A stretch of 64,000 bases of DNA, taken from the NCBI RefSeq assembly GCF_004010195.1, contig NC_057728.1:61749956-61813955 (forward strand), given 5' to 3'. Under the pieces are notes generated by a model, which saw only the letters and a list, made by a program, of their open reading frames with translations, searched no databases and was not told where the DNA came from. The position numbers and the translations under genes are program-made. The stretch comes from Chiloscyllium plagiosum (Eukaryota). Positions 23,932 through 37,543 of the stretch are shown one piece after another (position 1 is the first letter of the stretch; every line of letters begins with the position of its first letter).

Positions 23932-26254
23932 TCATTCCTGTATTTTAAATCCAAGCCCAAGCCATAATATTATGAACTTTCATCACATTACTTTCTCAGG
24001 TAATTCAAAGTTGGACAGTAAATGCAGATTTACAACCATTAACTATATCTGGCACTCTAATTAAAACCCGCAAGTATGATTGTTAACTTGCAGACATTTT
24101 TATACTGTATTGCCCATTTCAAAAAAATGGCATTCTACTGTCCAATCAATACTACTCCCCTTACTTATATTTGCAGCTAGTACCTTGTCAAATGCAAGTA
24201 ATTCAGAAGCAGTTAGAACAACGCAGGCTGACAGTTTACATTTGCAATTACAGCCAATGACAAGAGACTCCTTCTTTGCCATTGGTAATTATAGAAGCTA
24301 AAAAAAAGTGCCTTCCAAAATCAATGTGCTGTGATGTGTGGATCAGGTAGGTGAGCAGTACAAAACCTCTCAGTACAGTGGGAGAGAGAAAAATAACAAA
24401 GTAAATGCGTCGAGGTGTACAGACAAAACTTGTTAGTGCATGCTGAACAAGTTTGGTCTACAAGCTCAGATGATTTTAAATTTTAAGATTGCAATCAACA
24501 GCTATTTTGCAACCACTAGCTGCATTTAAAAGCATTTTATTCTCGGAACGAGCCATTTTCTTTTGGGGCTTATAAGCTGTCAGCAAGATGACATATGGAA
24601 AGGAATACCTGAAATCTCACAGTTAAGACCCATTCTACCTCCCAGAAACACATAACAAATGCAGTTGGAGATGTTGTTCTATGATGGGGCTCATAAGCCA
24701 TGCTGGTACCCATGAACCCATGGCCAGTGACACAAATTTCCCAGGTGGACAATCGTATTCATTAGCAAATAATTGCTGACAACGACAATGAGCATCTACA
24801 AGAAGGCCTGGCCTAATTTCTTCCCATGAATTGAACTATATCAAATGATAGCTATGAAATTAGTACAGCACTGCCCCACTTAATCCAGAGGTATATCATG
24901 ATATCTGTAAAAAAAAAATTGATTACACTGCTTACCCCAAAGCCTGCACCATTATTTAAGTATACCTTAACTACATGGCTGTTGAGCGCGAAGGACGTTC
25001 CAGATTTTAAAAATTAACTTCGATTTTACAAAGTACAAGTGAACAGAACACTTTGAATTATATACCAGTATACACACTTGCATTTTCAATAGATTCTATA
25101 AGATTGAGTTCTCAATGACTAGGGAGACAGTCTGAAAACAAGAGTTGAACTGAAGCCAAAGAAGCGAAGGAATTTGGGTACATACAAATCACAGCAAGAA
25201 GCTACACAGCTTTAAGTCCATTAAAAACATGTTTCCAGCAACAGTTTTATTTCTAGAGAGAACTAAAAAGTGAGAAAAACCAATCTACATAAGAATAATG
25301 CCAGAAGTGAGAGGATATACTTATAGAATAAAGAAGCAACAGATTTATGAGTTTTAAAGCTTTAAAAGAGAAGCTTTAAAGGTAGGTTTGTAAGGAGAAA
25401 ATCCATTTATGGTGGAGATCTAAATTACATTTTGTAAAAACAAGTTACAGCGTGTTCTCAATTAAAATTGTGGTTGCATTACTGAAAATCAGAACTTTAT
25501 GTAGCACTGTCTTAAGTGAAACATAAATTATTACGGGAGATAACATTAAAAATGTAGTTCAGTTCTACAGGACTCTCAGCAGAACAAAAAATGTTAAAAC
25601 ATACCTTCCAAATTGAAATATTTTACATTATTAAATGAAATAACTAAAATAAATTCTTATTTTTAAAACAAATTGCAAGTTACAATACAGGAAACTCACT
25701 GTATCCCACTGACTGTTTCCCTTTCTCAAATGCTTGCCCTGAGCCAAGATTTAAGAAAAGATCAGCAAGGCAGGAGCAGCTTTGAAGAGTCATCTTTGTT
25801 TTAAAAGATGATTTTAAGTCTGAACACTTCTGAAGCATTAATACTTTCACTTGCATGACATCAGAGTTCCAACTTCAGATTGAATCTGGAACAGGAACTC
25901 GTCCGAGAGAGAAGTAATGACAACTCAGAGGTCATGAAGCAGGGAAGCACAGGAAACAATATTAAAATCAATCTTGTATCAAGATTAGGAGGCCCATTTA
26001 TGTCTCACATTTGAAGCAAATAAACATTAAATTAGGCAATTTTAAGTAAGGACTTATTGGATTCGTTAATCAATCAAATTGGGGATTTAGGTGAAACTCA
26101 CTTATCTGGAGGCTAGACACAATATGAAGCAAGCTAACAAAAGGAAGCACGACTACTTTAGATGCATTTAGCATTCAATCAACTACGTCAGCCACCTACC
26201 TCCGTTCCAGTCATAAACTTTCTCCAAGACGCCCAGGTTGTCCTAGCTTTAAAC

Positions 26255-27195
26255 CTCACAGAATCAAAGAAGTCTTGTACATAGAAGGTAGTTTGGCCAA
26301 TCATGCCTGCACTGGCTCTTTCGGGAAGTATTACCTAGTGCCAATCCCTTGCTTTTCCCCAAAACCTTGCACATTACTTTTATCCAAATAATCATCCAAT
26401 GCCCTCTTTAATGCCTCAACTGAATCGGTCTTCACCATATTGTAAGGCAATGCATTCCAAATCCTAACTTTTTGCTGAGTGAAAAAGCTTTTTCTCACAT
26501 CACTCTTAATTCTTTAGTACATCACTTTAAATATGTGTCTTGTCCTTTGAACAAGAGAATTTCAAGATTTTGAAAACCTCAAACAGATCTCCTCTCAACC
26601 CATTTTATCTCCAGGGATAACAGTTCCAACTTCTTCAATCTATCCTCATCAGTGAAGATATTCATTCCTGGAATCATTTTCATAAATCATTTCTACACTC
26701 TCTAATGCATTCACATCCTTCCGATAGGATGGCATCCAGAACTGAACACAACACTCCAGCTGAAGTTTCACAAGTGTCTTGATACAAGTTCAGCATCACC
26801 ACCTTGCTCTTTTACTCTGTCCCTATGAATAAAGCTGAAATTATGCTATATTTGCTGTTCTCTCCATCTGTCCTGCCACCTACCACAATCTGTGCACATA
26901 CAGCCAGTACCTTCCGCTTCTGCCCTTTTAGAATTGTACCACCTATTTTAAAATACCTTTCACTGTTGTTCGCACTAAAATATATCACTTCACACTTCTC
27001 TGCAAAGACCTACACTTGTCACCTATCCACCCATTCCAGCAACTTGTCTATGTCTTCTTTGAGCTCTGTACTGTCATCCTCAGTTTATTACACATCAACT
27101 TTGCATCATCTGCAAACTTTGAGGATGTCCCCTGCCCATCAAGATTTAGATCATTAACATAGATCAGGAAAAGCAATAGTCCCAATACCAACTTG
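26255..27195 (-). mobile_element. Old CR1 LINE 3' fragment
   Basis: Minus strand LVLGLLLFLIYVNDL...SKFADDAKL. Confidence 0.8.
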
Positions 27196-27423
27196 AATGG
27201 CAACATTTTCACACAGAGTGGTGCATGTTTGGAATGAACCATCTGAAAAAGTGGAGGTGGGCACAATTACAGTATTTAAAAGGCATCAGGATGGGTATAT
27301 GAATAGAAAGGGTTTAAAAAGGGAAATGGACCAAATGCTGGCCAATGGAACGAGATCAGTTTGGAATGTCTGGTCAATGTGGACGAGTTGGAGCAAAGGG
27401 TCTATTTCCATGATGCATGACTC
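27196..27423 (+). mobile_element. CR1 3' terminal fragment
   Basis: FSHRVVHVWNE..VGTITVFKRHQDGYMNRKG plus CR1 3'UTR. Confidence 0.85.
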
Positions 27424-27449
27424 CAGGCAGTTGTGGGAGTCGGTGGGTC

Positions 27450-27570
27450 ATTACTGGATTACACTCTCCCCCCCCTTCTCCCCCCCACCCAGCCTCATGC
27501 AAAAATGGTATCCCTTATTCCCAATTCCTCTGCCTCCACCGCATCTTCCCCCAGGAGGACCAGTTCTTCT
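27450..27570 (+). mobile_element. PLE RT C-terminal fragment
   Basis: HPASCKNGIPYSQFLCLHRI, similar to the PLE HP..K..IPYSQFLRLRRI motif. Confidence 0.65.
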
Positions 27571-28029
27571 GCCCAGTCCTTCTAGATGGAAGTGGTCATG
27601 GGTTTGGAAGGTGCTTTCTAAGGAATCTTAGTGAATTTCTGCAATACATCTTGCACGCTTTACATCAATGGTAAAAGCGAGCAAAATGTCTGTGAAGGTG
27701 GTGCCAGATTAAGCAGGGTGCTTGGTCCTGGATGATGTCAAAGTTTCTTGAGTGTTGTTGGAGCTGTACCTATCCAGTCAAATGGGGAGTATTCCATCAT
27801 ATTCCTGACTTGTGCCTTGGACAGGCTGGGATAAAGGCAAGTTAGTCACTACAAGATTCTTAATCTCTAATCTGCTCTTCTAATGACAGTATATCTTTGG
27901 CTCATCCAGTTTCCAGATAACAGTAATCTTGAGTACGTCAACAGTGGGAAATCCAATGATAGTAGTGACATTGTGACTGTTATTCCTTTTTTGTACAATG
28001 TCACATTGTGACTATGACAAAGGCAAAAG

Positions 28030-28380
28030 ATTCCTCAACCTTCTTGATTGGTCTGCAGCCTTTGACATAGCTTTAGATGCATGTCATCATCATCCAACTA
28101 GGTGGGATTGCATTTCCTAGTTCCATTCTTATCCAGTTTAATCAAAAAGCAGAAAATTGCCAATGGCCGTTCTTCCAATTCCTACTCCGTTACCTTTGAT
28201 TTCTGCAAAAGATCTATTCATAGCTGCTTCCTTTCCCCATATGCTGCACCTTCAACAAACTTGGATAATTTAATTCACATACAGGTGATCACACAATCTC
28301 AATACCAACTTTCTTTTCCTCTGACATTGCTAGATTTTCAAAGTGCTTATCTGGCATCTAGTACAGGAGACAGGAAAAAT
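28030..28380 (+). mobile_element. Ancient L2 LINE RT remnant
   Basis: LLDWSAAFDI (L2 LLDLSAAFDT motif). Confidence 0.5.
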
Positions 28381-29834
28381 GAATAGCTTTCTGCATCTGC
28401 ATGAATTTTAAAAAAGGTGTAGTATATTCTTGTTTTCCCAATTGTAGTGTTTTGTTTATAGGTTTCAAATAGTCAGAAAACAAAACATTAAAAAAAAGAA
28501 ACATCAGAAGCTTACATTCTTTAATCACAAATTTTCATTAGCACCAACACTCCAGAAAAAAAAGTGTCTTTTCAATTGTTTGTTTGAAATGTGCTTTTAA
28601 AAGTGTATCATTCTAAAATTTCATAACACATCTCAAGTAAAATAAAGTGGAGATGCAAACATGCCTGATATACCAAAGTAAAACATTATTTTTCTGTTCC
28701 ATGTTATGATTTCCCAAATTCAGAAATATTTTTCAGCAATTTACAAACTTTTTAATCAGTTCTGCTTGCAAAGCAAATACAATAGATCTTGTTCATCTTG
28801 CTCAAATACAATTTTAAATTTACATACACACATTTCTGTTGTGACAGCCAATGACATGATCACCACCTCTTTGTGACAAGTTACTAGATTAGCCTCACAA
28901 AAGTGATATGAATTAATCCACCTAAGTTACCAATGTCAACTCGAATTTATGCATCACAAACAATCAATATTTTTCTTAGTCTTTCTGAAACAGCTACCAT
29001 AGGCTAACTTTTTGTAGAGGACCAGAGATGGACATGTTGAGTCTGCACTAAGTAACATGCCAGTTTGTTAGCATGATTCCATCTTCACCTCAAAACCTGG
29101 GCTGCAAAATCTTTCAATGCCGGACAACCTCTAATCAAATCCCAAACTCAAGAGCACACGGTCACCTTAATTGGAAGGAGCAACATACTACTGCATATTA
29201 CAGAACCTCAATCAGGTACAGAAGAAAGAGCAGATATGTAGAAAATTACTAATACAATGAAACAGCATTAAGAAATAATTTCAAATATCCAATTTATTGA
29301 TTTTTAAAATCCAAATGTCCAAGTTACAGAAGACAATGAAATCTGCAAATACTTGCAGGAGAACTTATTTAGCAAGTCCAACAGGAGAAGGGACAACTCT
29401 AGATTACGTTCTAGGGAATGAAGATCGAAAGAGCATCACCATGGAATATTTTAGTGCAAGTGATCGTACATCAACTAGATTTAGATTTAACATAGTTGTG
29501 GAGAAAGATGGAACAAAGAGTAAAAGTTCTGAATTGAAGCACAATTTTACTCAGGTGAGATGAGATTTGACTGAAGAGGACTGAAAACAACTTGAAAATA
29601 ATCAGTGTCAAATGCACTGAGAGATATTCCAGGAGAAAAAACATTATGAGCTCTTAACAAATACATTCCCACTAAAAATAAGAGAAGCTTCTAAATTTCA
29701 ATCCCTGGACATCAATGAAGGCACAAATTTAAGAAGAGAGAAAAAGCATGGAAAATATTGGAATAAACCAAGAAGGATCACTAGACTCAAAACAAACTCC
29801 ATTGCTCTCTCCACAGATACTGCCAGATTACTAC

Positions 29835-30357
29835 AATCGGTTCAGGTCTTCCTGGTATAGGAAAGAAGTTGTGAAACTTGAAAGGGTTCAGAAATGATTT
29901 ACAAGGATGTTGCGAGATTTGAGCCAGAGAGAGAGGCTGAAAGGCTGGGGCTATTTCCCCTAGAGCATTGGAGACTGAGGGAAGACCATTTAGAGGCTTA
30001 TAAAATCATGAGAGGCATGGAGAGGGTAAATAGACATGGTCTTTTTCCCCCAGAGCAGGGGAATCCAAAACTAGAGGGGATAAGTTTAAGGTGAGAGGGG
30101 AAAGATTTAAAAAGGGACCTAAGGGACAACTTTTTCCATGCAGATTGATGTGTGTATGGAATGAATTGCCAGACGAAGTGGTGGAGACTTGTACAATTAC
30201 GACATTTAAAAGTAATCTGAATGGGTATATGAATGGGCAGAGTTAAGGGATATGGGCCAAATGCTGACAAATGAACTACGTTAATTTAGAATATCTGGTC
30301 AGCATGGACAAGTTGGACTTTAGGACCTGTTTCCATACTGTACATCTCTATGATTCC
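29835..30357 (+). mobile_element. CR1 3' fragment
   Basis: ERLGLFPLEHWRLREDHLEAYKIMRGMERV; CR1 3'UTR end gtttccatactgtacatctctatgattc. Confidence 0.9.
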
Positions 30358-33300
30358 TTGAATGGAAGCATCCGCTAAACATCCAAAATGTCAAGCCCCT
30401 TCAGAATCCTGTGCTTCAATAAGATCACTTCTCAATCTTCCAAAAAAGACAAGGAGTGTAGTTTCCAACTTTTCAATCTTCCTAAGATAACTGTTCACCT
30501 CAATTTGGTCTCCCAGGGATGGAGAGATGGAAACAGTGCTTTCCATCCATTCTATTAACTGAAAGGTTACAGCAAGTGCATTGATTGCAAGTGATCAGCA
30601 GAAAGATTAGACAAAAATTGAGGACAAATGTTTTCACCTAATGGAGAGTGATGTTCTGAAACTCTGCCCGAAAGGGCAATAAAGTCAGATGTCATCGTCA
30701 CATTTTAAACTACTGGGACATGCGTGAGAAATAATGTAATTTTCAGGGCTACAGATCAATAGCTGGAAAATGAAATTAAGAGAAACAGCTTTCCTTTTAG
30801 TCAACACACACATACCTGTAATTTTCTACGTTACTATCTATTTCATTCTCACCTTAAATGTGGAAAAAACTGATTTTGTTTGTTTAAATTTATCAACAAG
30901 GCCTTACAGTTAACCTGGAAGAGCAACTTCCATGAATTAACTAATTTTATCGCTTCTTCCCAAATGCTGAAGAACATTGTGTCATCTGAACAAATTGCTA
31001 TGAACCTTGTCAAACTGAAGTGATCACAATTAAGGCTGCTAGTGGTGAGGATCCAACTCCACCGGGCTGTCAGCAAGTTGAATTTATGGGAGCACAAGTA
31101 GTAGTGGTCCAAATCAATTAACAACGCATACTAATCAGTTTGAAATAAGTGACACAGGCTTTTAAAAATTAAAAGTCCTTCCTATCAATATCATTCCACA
31201 AATTGAATATCCGTCCAGTAAAGAATCTTGCTAAATTGAAGCAAGGATAACCTGTTCCATTGTACAGAACAGATATATAAATTTAACCATATCATATTAC
31301 ATTGCTTATCTTACCTACTTCCCTTGTACAAAATTAATGACAAATATAAATTTGCTTCCATGTATGCAATAATCATGGTTTTTTAAATTTCAAAGTTTTC
31401 TTTGTATTCGTGCAACAATCTGCAGCTTTTCGTGTATGTAGTTGAAATATTATAAAGTATATTATAAGTATTTGCAATAAATCGACATGGACATTGCAGG
31501 CTTTTGGGTTATTTAAAATGTACAGATATATTTAATTTGTTCTTTGCCACATTTGGCTCTCTTTATCTAAGCATACCCTTTTGAATGTTCCACTGCTCCA
31601 ACATAAATAAATCATTCCACTTTACTTCCCCTACAAACATTGTACACTGACCATGATCCAAAGGGACAAGCTGTTTTTCTTTTTGCTGTATACTCTGACT
31701 CAATTGCTCCCCCAACTGATTAGCATTTAAAGAATACAGGTTGTCAAGTGATAGCTACCAATTTTCAGTTCATCATGTGCATTTCTGAAGTTGCCTCTTA
31801 TTCACCATGGGATGTGCTCATCATTGACAAGTTGAATATTTGTCACACATTCTTAATTTCCCTCAACATGGTACTGGACAGGTGAAGTCCATCTAGTGCG
31901 GTTACACAAAAGGTCGAATGCTGTTCAATAAAGTGAATGGTCTTTGTGTACACTGCAGCTTTGGATTAATCATAACTGACCAAACTCAAATCACCATGTA
32001 GTCATAGTCATAGAGTCATATATAAAACCAAAATATTAAACCTATGTTATAACATAAGAAAAAGCATTATACTATATATTGCCACACATGATTGTGGTTA
32101 CTAGTGATTTTACAGAATGGCTTCAAAGATATCAAACCAATTAGTAAAATACAATTTGATCTTCTTTACAAAAATCACAGGAACTGAATTTGCTACATGA
32201 GGCATTTCATCATGACTGATACTACATGGCAAGAAATCCCAAAAGTTAAAAATGTTGCAGTTCACTTGCAATATTGTTTTTTACCCAAAGACCACGTCTC
32301 AATTTTGGGCTACTTAATTCACTCACAATTGATTTTCTAAACAGCATACAGCTTGATCAATGGAAATATTTTTCAACAAGATCGGTTAAAAAATCAAAAA
32401 CCATAATATGGCATATCTTTACACAAGTACTGAAAAAATGTACTCCACATTAGAGATTAAAGTATGATTCATGGGACAAAATGAATGTGAGTTTCACATT
32501 ATAACAAAATGAAAAAATATACAGTAAAATTTCTCTTGGATTATTTTAATCTTGCAAAATGTATACAGTTTATAAATTTAAATAGAAAAGTCCTCAGACT
32601 GTTATGTATTTGGTAACAATCATAAACTGAATGCAAGTCAATTAACTACATTGATCTGCAAACCTCCCATCTTTAAACACTTTTGTAATGCTTAATTCAA
32701 GTTCTGAAATATAAAATATTTGCTTGCAGCACATATCCAAAAATAAGTAGTGTTGATTCAAAGTGACTTTACAACTCAAGTATAGCAAGAAGCCCCACTA
32801 TTAAAATTTCATCCACAGGGTATATGAGCATTTTGGAAATTAGTTATCTACGATAAATTGTGCAGATTAGGATCAACATCTGTCTGGAGGAAAGGTTGAA
32901 GGGATGTTTGTGTACAAAAACTGCATTAATGCAACATATCCATTGTGCAACAAAATTAGTTACAAAGTCTACAAATGAATGTCATTTGTCAACTTTCTAG
33001 GTGCTGTATTTACAAAAGATAGAGGCAGGATTTGAAATATTTTTGTAACATTCTGGCATTAGAAGTATTATCAGTTCCATCACACAATTGTCAGAAATAC
33101 AAATAGTTGCTATAACAAAACAGTTTAAGTCAAGCACAAACTATGCAAATCAGGTGTTCTGAGGAAACTACAGCAACCCAATACTGTATTTTTCCATCAA
33201 AAATACTTATCAGAAACCGGCTTAAAGCTTTAACATCCCTTCATGCTGATACACATAATGCTGCATTCAAAAGGATGGAAAACATGCTAAGTCAAATTCT

Positions 33301-35474
33301 AACTTCAATCCAATAGTCTTACATTATAGCTTTTAATGTTACAAAGTAGGATATTTGACATCCTCCCTGCAAGTTTCAAGATCTATTACATAAATAAAAT
33401 TTTGGAAAAATTCCCTCATTTTAAATCAGGAGTTAAACATAGGTACATTATTTCGATTTTCTTAAACATGTTAACCACATCTCATATCAGGCAAAAAGCC
33501 AGCCTTACACAAGATAATCCCTATGGCTTACTAAAAGAAATCTAGACAACACAAAGGTTGTTTACAAGATTGTTCAATACTGTAAAAGGGGTTGTCTCAG
33601 AAATTAAATAGGGTGATTTAATACTGTACCACAACATTCCAGTCATCCTTAATTGTGACAAGCACACATTATTTTTATTGTTAATCACTGCTCCTTGCAC
33701 TCCCTGAAAATCTACAGCATTCTGATTTTTTTAATTGGCCTTTTCCATCAATTTTAAGGCAAGCCCCTCATCCAGCTGCAAGTAAAAGTTTGGCAATGCC
33801 ACAAAAAGTGAGATTTTTATTTACGCCTTGCAAATTGGTATTTAGTTTTATGGTATTCCAGCAAAGATGTTTTGTTTTAAAATTGAAGTTTGAATACTGT
33901 TTATCAACATACAGTAAACTATTTAGCCTTTCAGATACTCACAAAATGCTTGCCATGAATATCAACTACATTTATAAATTAATTTACAAGTGAAGCATAT
34001 GAAATGTATACAACATAACTGTCCTTGTTTATGATTTTTAACAACATGAAAACATTGAGCTTTTCAAATGTTACTAATTTTGATATTCTGTAATGGAAAA
34101 ATAACCACCTACTACATCTTCAATCTGGATTTAGAGCAAGCCAAATCTTAACCCATAACCGGTTTAGTGTCCTACAAATGTAACTGGACTTGAACGGGAA
34201 TACATAGCACTCCATAGATGCTCTCAAATCCACTTTGAATACTCTCTTCTGCATTACTTAAACATGACCAAATTACATTTACGTACTGTCATACCAAGTT
34301 ACTCAAAAGTTGCCAGATAAATTAAGTTGAAACAAGCTTAATTTTTTGATTTCAAACCAATGCAACTTTTCTAGAGTACAATTATTCATAGAAACGAATG
34401 GAAACAACTATTATCGAACATTAACCTCAAAGTTTTACACATTGTCGTGATTAACTTGCACAAAAACTTCTACACAGCTTGTTCAAAACATCTGAAATGC
34501 CAATTTTATTTTGAACCAGTAAATTTGTATGACATTATTGACTGGAAATAATATCAGCTGCCCAGTGTACAAAGCAGGCTACTTCAGAACCCAAATGCTC
34601 CCAAAGCACAATACTTTTATACATGCTTAAACCAAACTTCATTCTTAGCAACAAACTGCCCATCAATTCTAATGCCCAAGAAAAAAAATTGCCCCAAAGA
34701 TATTGGCCATACAATTGTCAGTGATCAGTGAATCTGCTGTTAAATTATTAAACTTCCATAACATTTAAAATAGACAACATTAACCATCCTCACAAAAGGG
34801 GAAATACAAATACTGGGACAAAACAAGACTGAATACCACTACACATTTTCAACCATTTTACAAAATATACCCCTTCTACACCAAATTAGTTTTACTATTT
34901 TGAAAGAGTTATAAAGCAGGATTTCCAAATAAATTAAAATATACAGTAATTATTGACAGTATGTAAAAATATTTCCAAAGATTATTTTGATGAAATGTTT
35001 GAAAAGAATTGAAGTTTAGTGCCCTGATATCACACGGGCACTTGGAAAAGTTCAGTTCTGGCAACAAAATTGACTAACCGAAAACACCTGCCTTGTTTCA
35101 TGTATACTAACTACTTCCTTCCAGGTAGCTTCTGTACTGCTGTAAATGCTGTGGAACACCTCAACTGTAAATTACTGTTAAAGTGGGTCACACCTGTACA
35201 GTCTTTTGATCTGCAAGTTTAATACATTTTAGATCAACTTGCCATAATACTTCAAAGCCCCAAAAACAAAACCACAGTTTAAGCATCAATTTCAAAAGCC
35301 TAAAAAGCATTATTTTGTTTCTATAAACGTAATATAAATCTAATTTTCAAGAGCAAAATAAGAAGGAACGTTTGTAATTATATTACTCTTTCACTAAATG
35401 AAACCCCTTGTCCCAATTTCGAATAGATATAGCAAGAATTGTATTGAACTGAACATAAACGTTATAAACGTTAC

Positions 35475-35572
35475 CGTAAGTAATATTGTTTTAAGGCAAA
35501 CGCTGCGTTAGGGCAACCTTTCGGAAAGTTTAACTCCTCCGTTATCTGTGACCATTTGTTCTTGTCAGTTAC
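35475..35572 (-). CDS. ARID2: ARID2 coding exon 3 ([33 protein letters not shown])
   Basis: 98-bp exon with acceptor tgctgcag and donor CG|gtaacg. Matches ARID2 [33 protein letters not shown]. Confidence 0.96.
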
Positions 35573-36194
35573 CTGCAGCAAAGAAAATCCTGATTAATAT
35601 GCAGACACATTATCAGATACCAGAATATACCATCTGTTCCTTCAACGGGTTTTAACAACACGACCTGAGCCGCAATTTTGCTTTAGAAAAAAAAAGTAAG
35701 CAGCAAAAAGAAGAAAAAAAAACTTTGTAGTACTTTCCTGGTTCAAACGACAAGAAAAAGGGGGTCGAAAATGTTCATATTTTCACCGTCTTAGCCATCC
35801 TATGGGCCTATGTGAGGCCTACGATTTTCCCCCTGAACCACGAAGCCTGATACAGAGAAGTCCGTCCCCTCCGATGCGACGAGTGAAAAGAGGCGAACGA
35901 GTGGTGCGAGCCTGTCTCCTGAAGAGCATTTCCTACCCCAGGCACACTCACGATTATCGATGTTAAGCATGCCCGCTAATTTTGACTTGGCTGAAGTGCG
36001 CGCAGTGGAGCAGCAGCAAGGCCAGAGACAGACAACTGCCATTTACAGATCACAGCCACACACAGACAAAAACAAACCCTTTTTATCCAAAACCTTAAAA
36101 CACAACAACCCTCCCGACCGTTTCTCAAAAGGAAAGTAGATCACTGAAGACGCACATACCACAAGAATTTTTTTTTAATATATAAAACACACAC

Positions 36195-36288
36195 CTTGGC
36201 GAATCCTCCCAGGCTGGTGACTCTGGTGTAGAGAGCGTGAAGATCCAGCTCCTTTCCAGCCACTATAGGGATCTTTTTAAAAGGCGTC
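36195..36288 (-). CDS. ARID2: ARID2 coding exon 2 ([31 protein letters not shown]), ARID domain
   Basis: 94-bp exon with acceptor cttgttcag and donor AAG|gtgtgt. Frame is continuous with exons 1 and 3; carries the ARID-domain motif LDLxxLYxxVxxxGG. Confidence 0.96.
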
Positions 36289-36405
36289 CTGAACAAGAAG
36301 GGGAAGAATAAATCAGACCCACGCCTCCTCTTCGCCAAAGTGCCCATCCAAAGTTTTATCAACCCCCCCCAATTAGCGGGGTTTTTTAAAACATAAAATC
36401 CTTAC

Positions 36406-36500
36406 CCTCTGTTGTGGTGAAACTGCCGCAGCTCCTCCAGGAACGCCTGCCTTTTTCTCCTCGGGTCTGAAGGCTGCATTTTCCCCATCGAATTTGCCAT
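36406..36500 (-). CDS. ARID2: ARID2 coding exon 1 (MANSMGKMQPSDPRRKRQAFLEELRQFHHNR-G)
   Basis: Translation resembles the vertebrate ARID2 N-terminus (MANSTGK...AFLDELRQFHHSRG). ATG in strong context aagATGg; donor GG|gtaagg, phase 2. An in-frame ATG 9 nt upstream (36509) could add MKK. Confidence 0.95.
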
Positions 36501-36586
36501 CTTTTTCATTGTTGTGTGAAGAGAAGAGGGTGTTTTTTAACCAAAAAAAATTAATAAATAAATAAAAAATGCCTCGGGGAAGTTAT

Positions 36587-36628
36587 TCAGTATCTGGAAG
36601 GAGAGCCGGTCCGCCGCTGCTCAGTCAT
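36587..36628 (-). other. Upstream ORF in ARID2 5'UTR (MTEQRRTGSPSRY*)
   Basis: ATG at 36628 and TGA at 36587-36589, ending 86 nt upstream of the main ATG. Confidence 0.5.
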
Positions 36629-37185
36629 TGATGGAGCGAGTGCGAAAGTTTGAGAGAAAAAAAGAAAAAAAAAGAGCAAAGACTCGCTTTTACTCACTCA
36701 CTGCACTCTTTTCGATCTCCCCTCAAACACAAAAAAAAACACAAAAAACAACTTACATCTTGTTCTCTATTGTGCGTTAATGTGGTAGACAATATAAATG
36801 TGTGTATTTATGGTATAAATATATTTTTTTTCAGACGGGCTGCAGTGGCTCCATGCAGTTTAGCATTAACTCAAACACAGGAGGGGAAGGGGGGGTAAAA
36901 CACACATTTATATATTTTTTTGAGAAAAAAAAGAATGAAAACACAGCAGCAGTACTGGTTGGCGGCCGAGACACCGGCGGCAGCGGCTCGAACCTCCCTC
37001 GGAGAAGCGAAACAATAGCGCCTCGTCTCAACCAAACCGGCCACCACAGCCTAGGCCCCGGGAGGGGGTGCCACTATTCAACCATTACGTGACACCCCTC
37101 CCCCTTCCCTGCTCGTGCTCGTGCTCCTTCCCCTCCCCCACTCCGTACACGCTCACTCTCTACTAACCTCTTGCCCCCCCCCGCC

Positions 37186-37216
<31 letters not shown>
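37186..37216 (+). repeat. (CA)n microsatellite preceded by CGCG
   Basis: cgcgcacacacac... read directly. Confidence 0.95.
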
Positions 37217-37511
37217 TAACGCTCCTCGCGTGCCCCTCCCCCTTCTCCTCCTTTCCCGCCCAGTCCCGGGGAAACCGCTCACAAAATGGCGGCGTCCAAG
37301 TAGGACGGGGAAGACGTGTCGCTTCATCTCCGACACGAACGGAGAGGCTCGTATGTATGCGTGTAATGTGCTTTCCCTTTTTTTTAGGTTTAAAATAAAA
37401 TTGTCTCCAGTTTGGCTTGTATTCGATTCAGACGCGCTCCTTTGCAGAAGGCGCAAGCGTTTTCTGTTTTTTTTAATGAAGGAAGGCGGTGGCCGTCGTC
37501 TGGTGAAAATG

Positions 37512-37543
37512 GTGTGTGTGTGTGTGCGTGCGTGCGCGCGCGC
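37512..37543 (+). repeat. (GT)n-(GC)n alternating purine-pyrimidine tract
   Basis: gtgtgtgtgtgtgtgcgtgcgtgcgcgcgcgc read directly. Confidence 0.95.

Larger units (their letters stand above)
1..35474 (-). other. ARID2: ARID2 intron 3 (partial; exon 4 lies left of the window)
   Basis: Begins at the exon-3 donor. No exon-4 sequence (YLEKYEKVHHFGEDD...) was found in the window; ARID2 intron 3 is also very long in mammals. Confidence 0.8.

Noticed and set aside
36141-36362. 73-aa ORF as a standalone gene
   Set aside because: It is ARID2 exon 2 read through its flanking introns.
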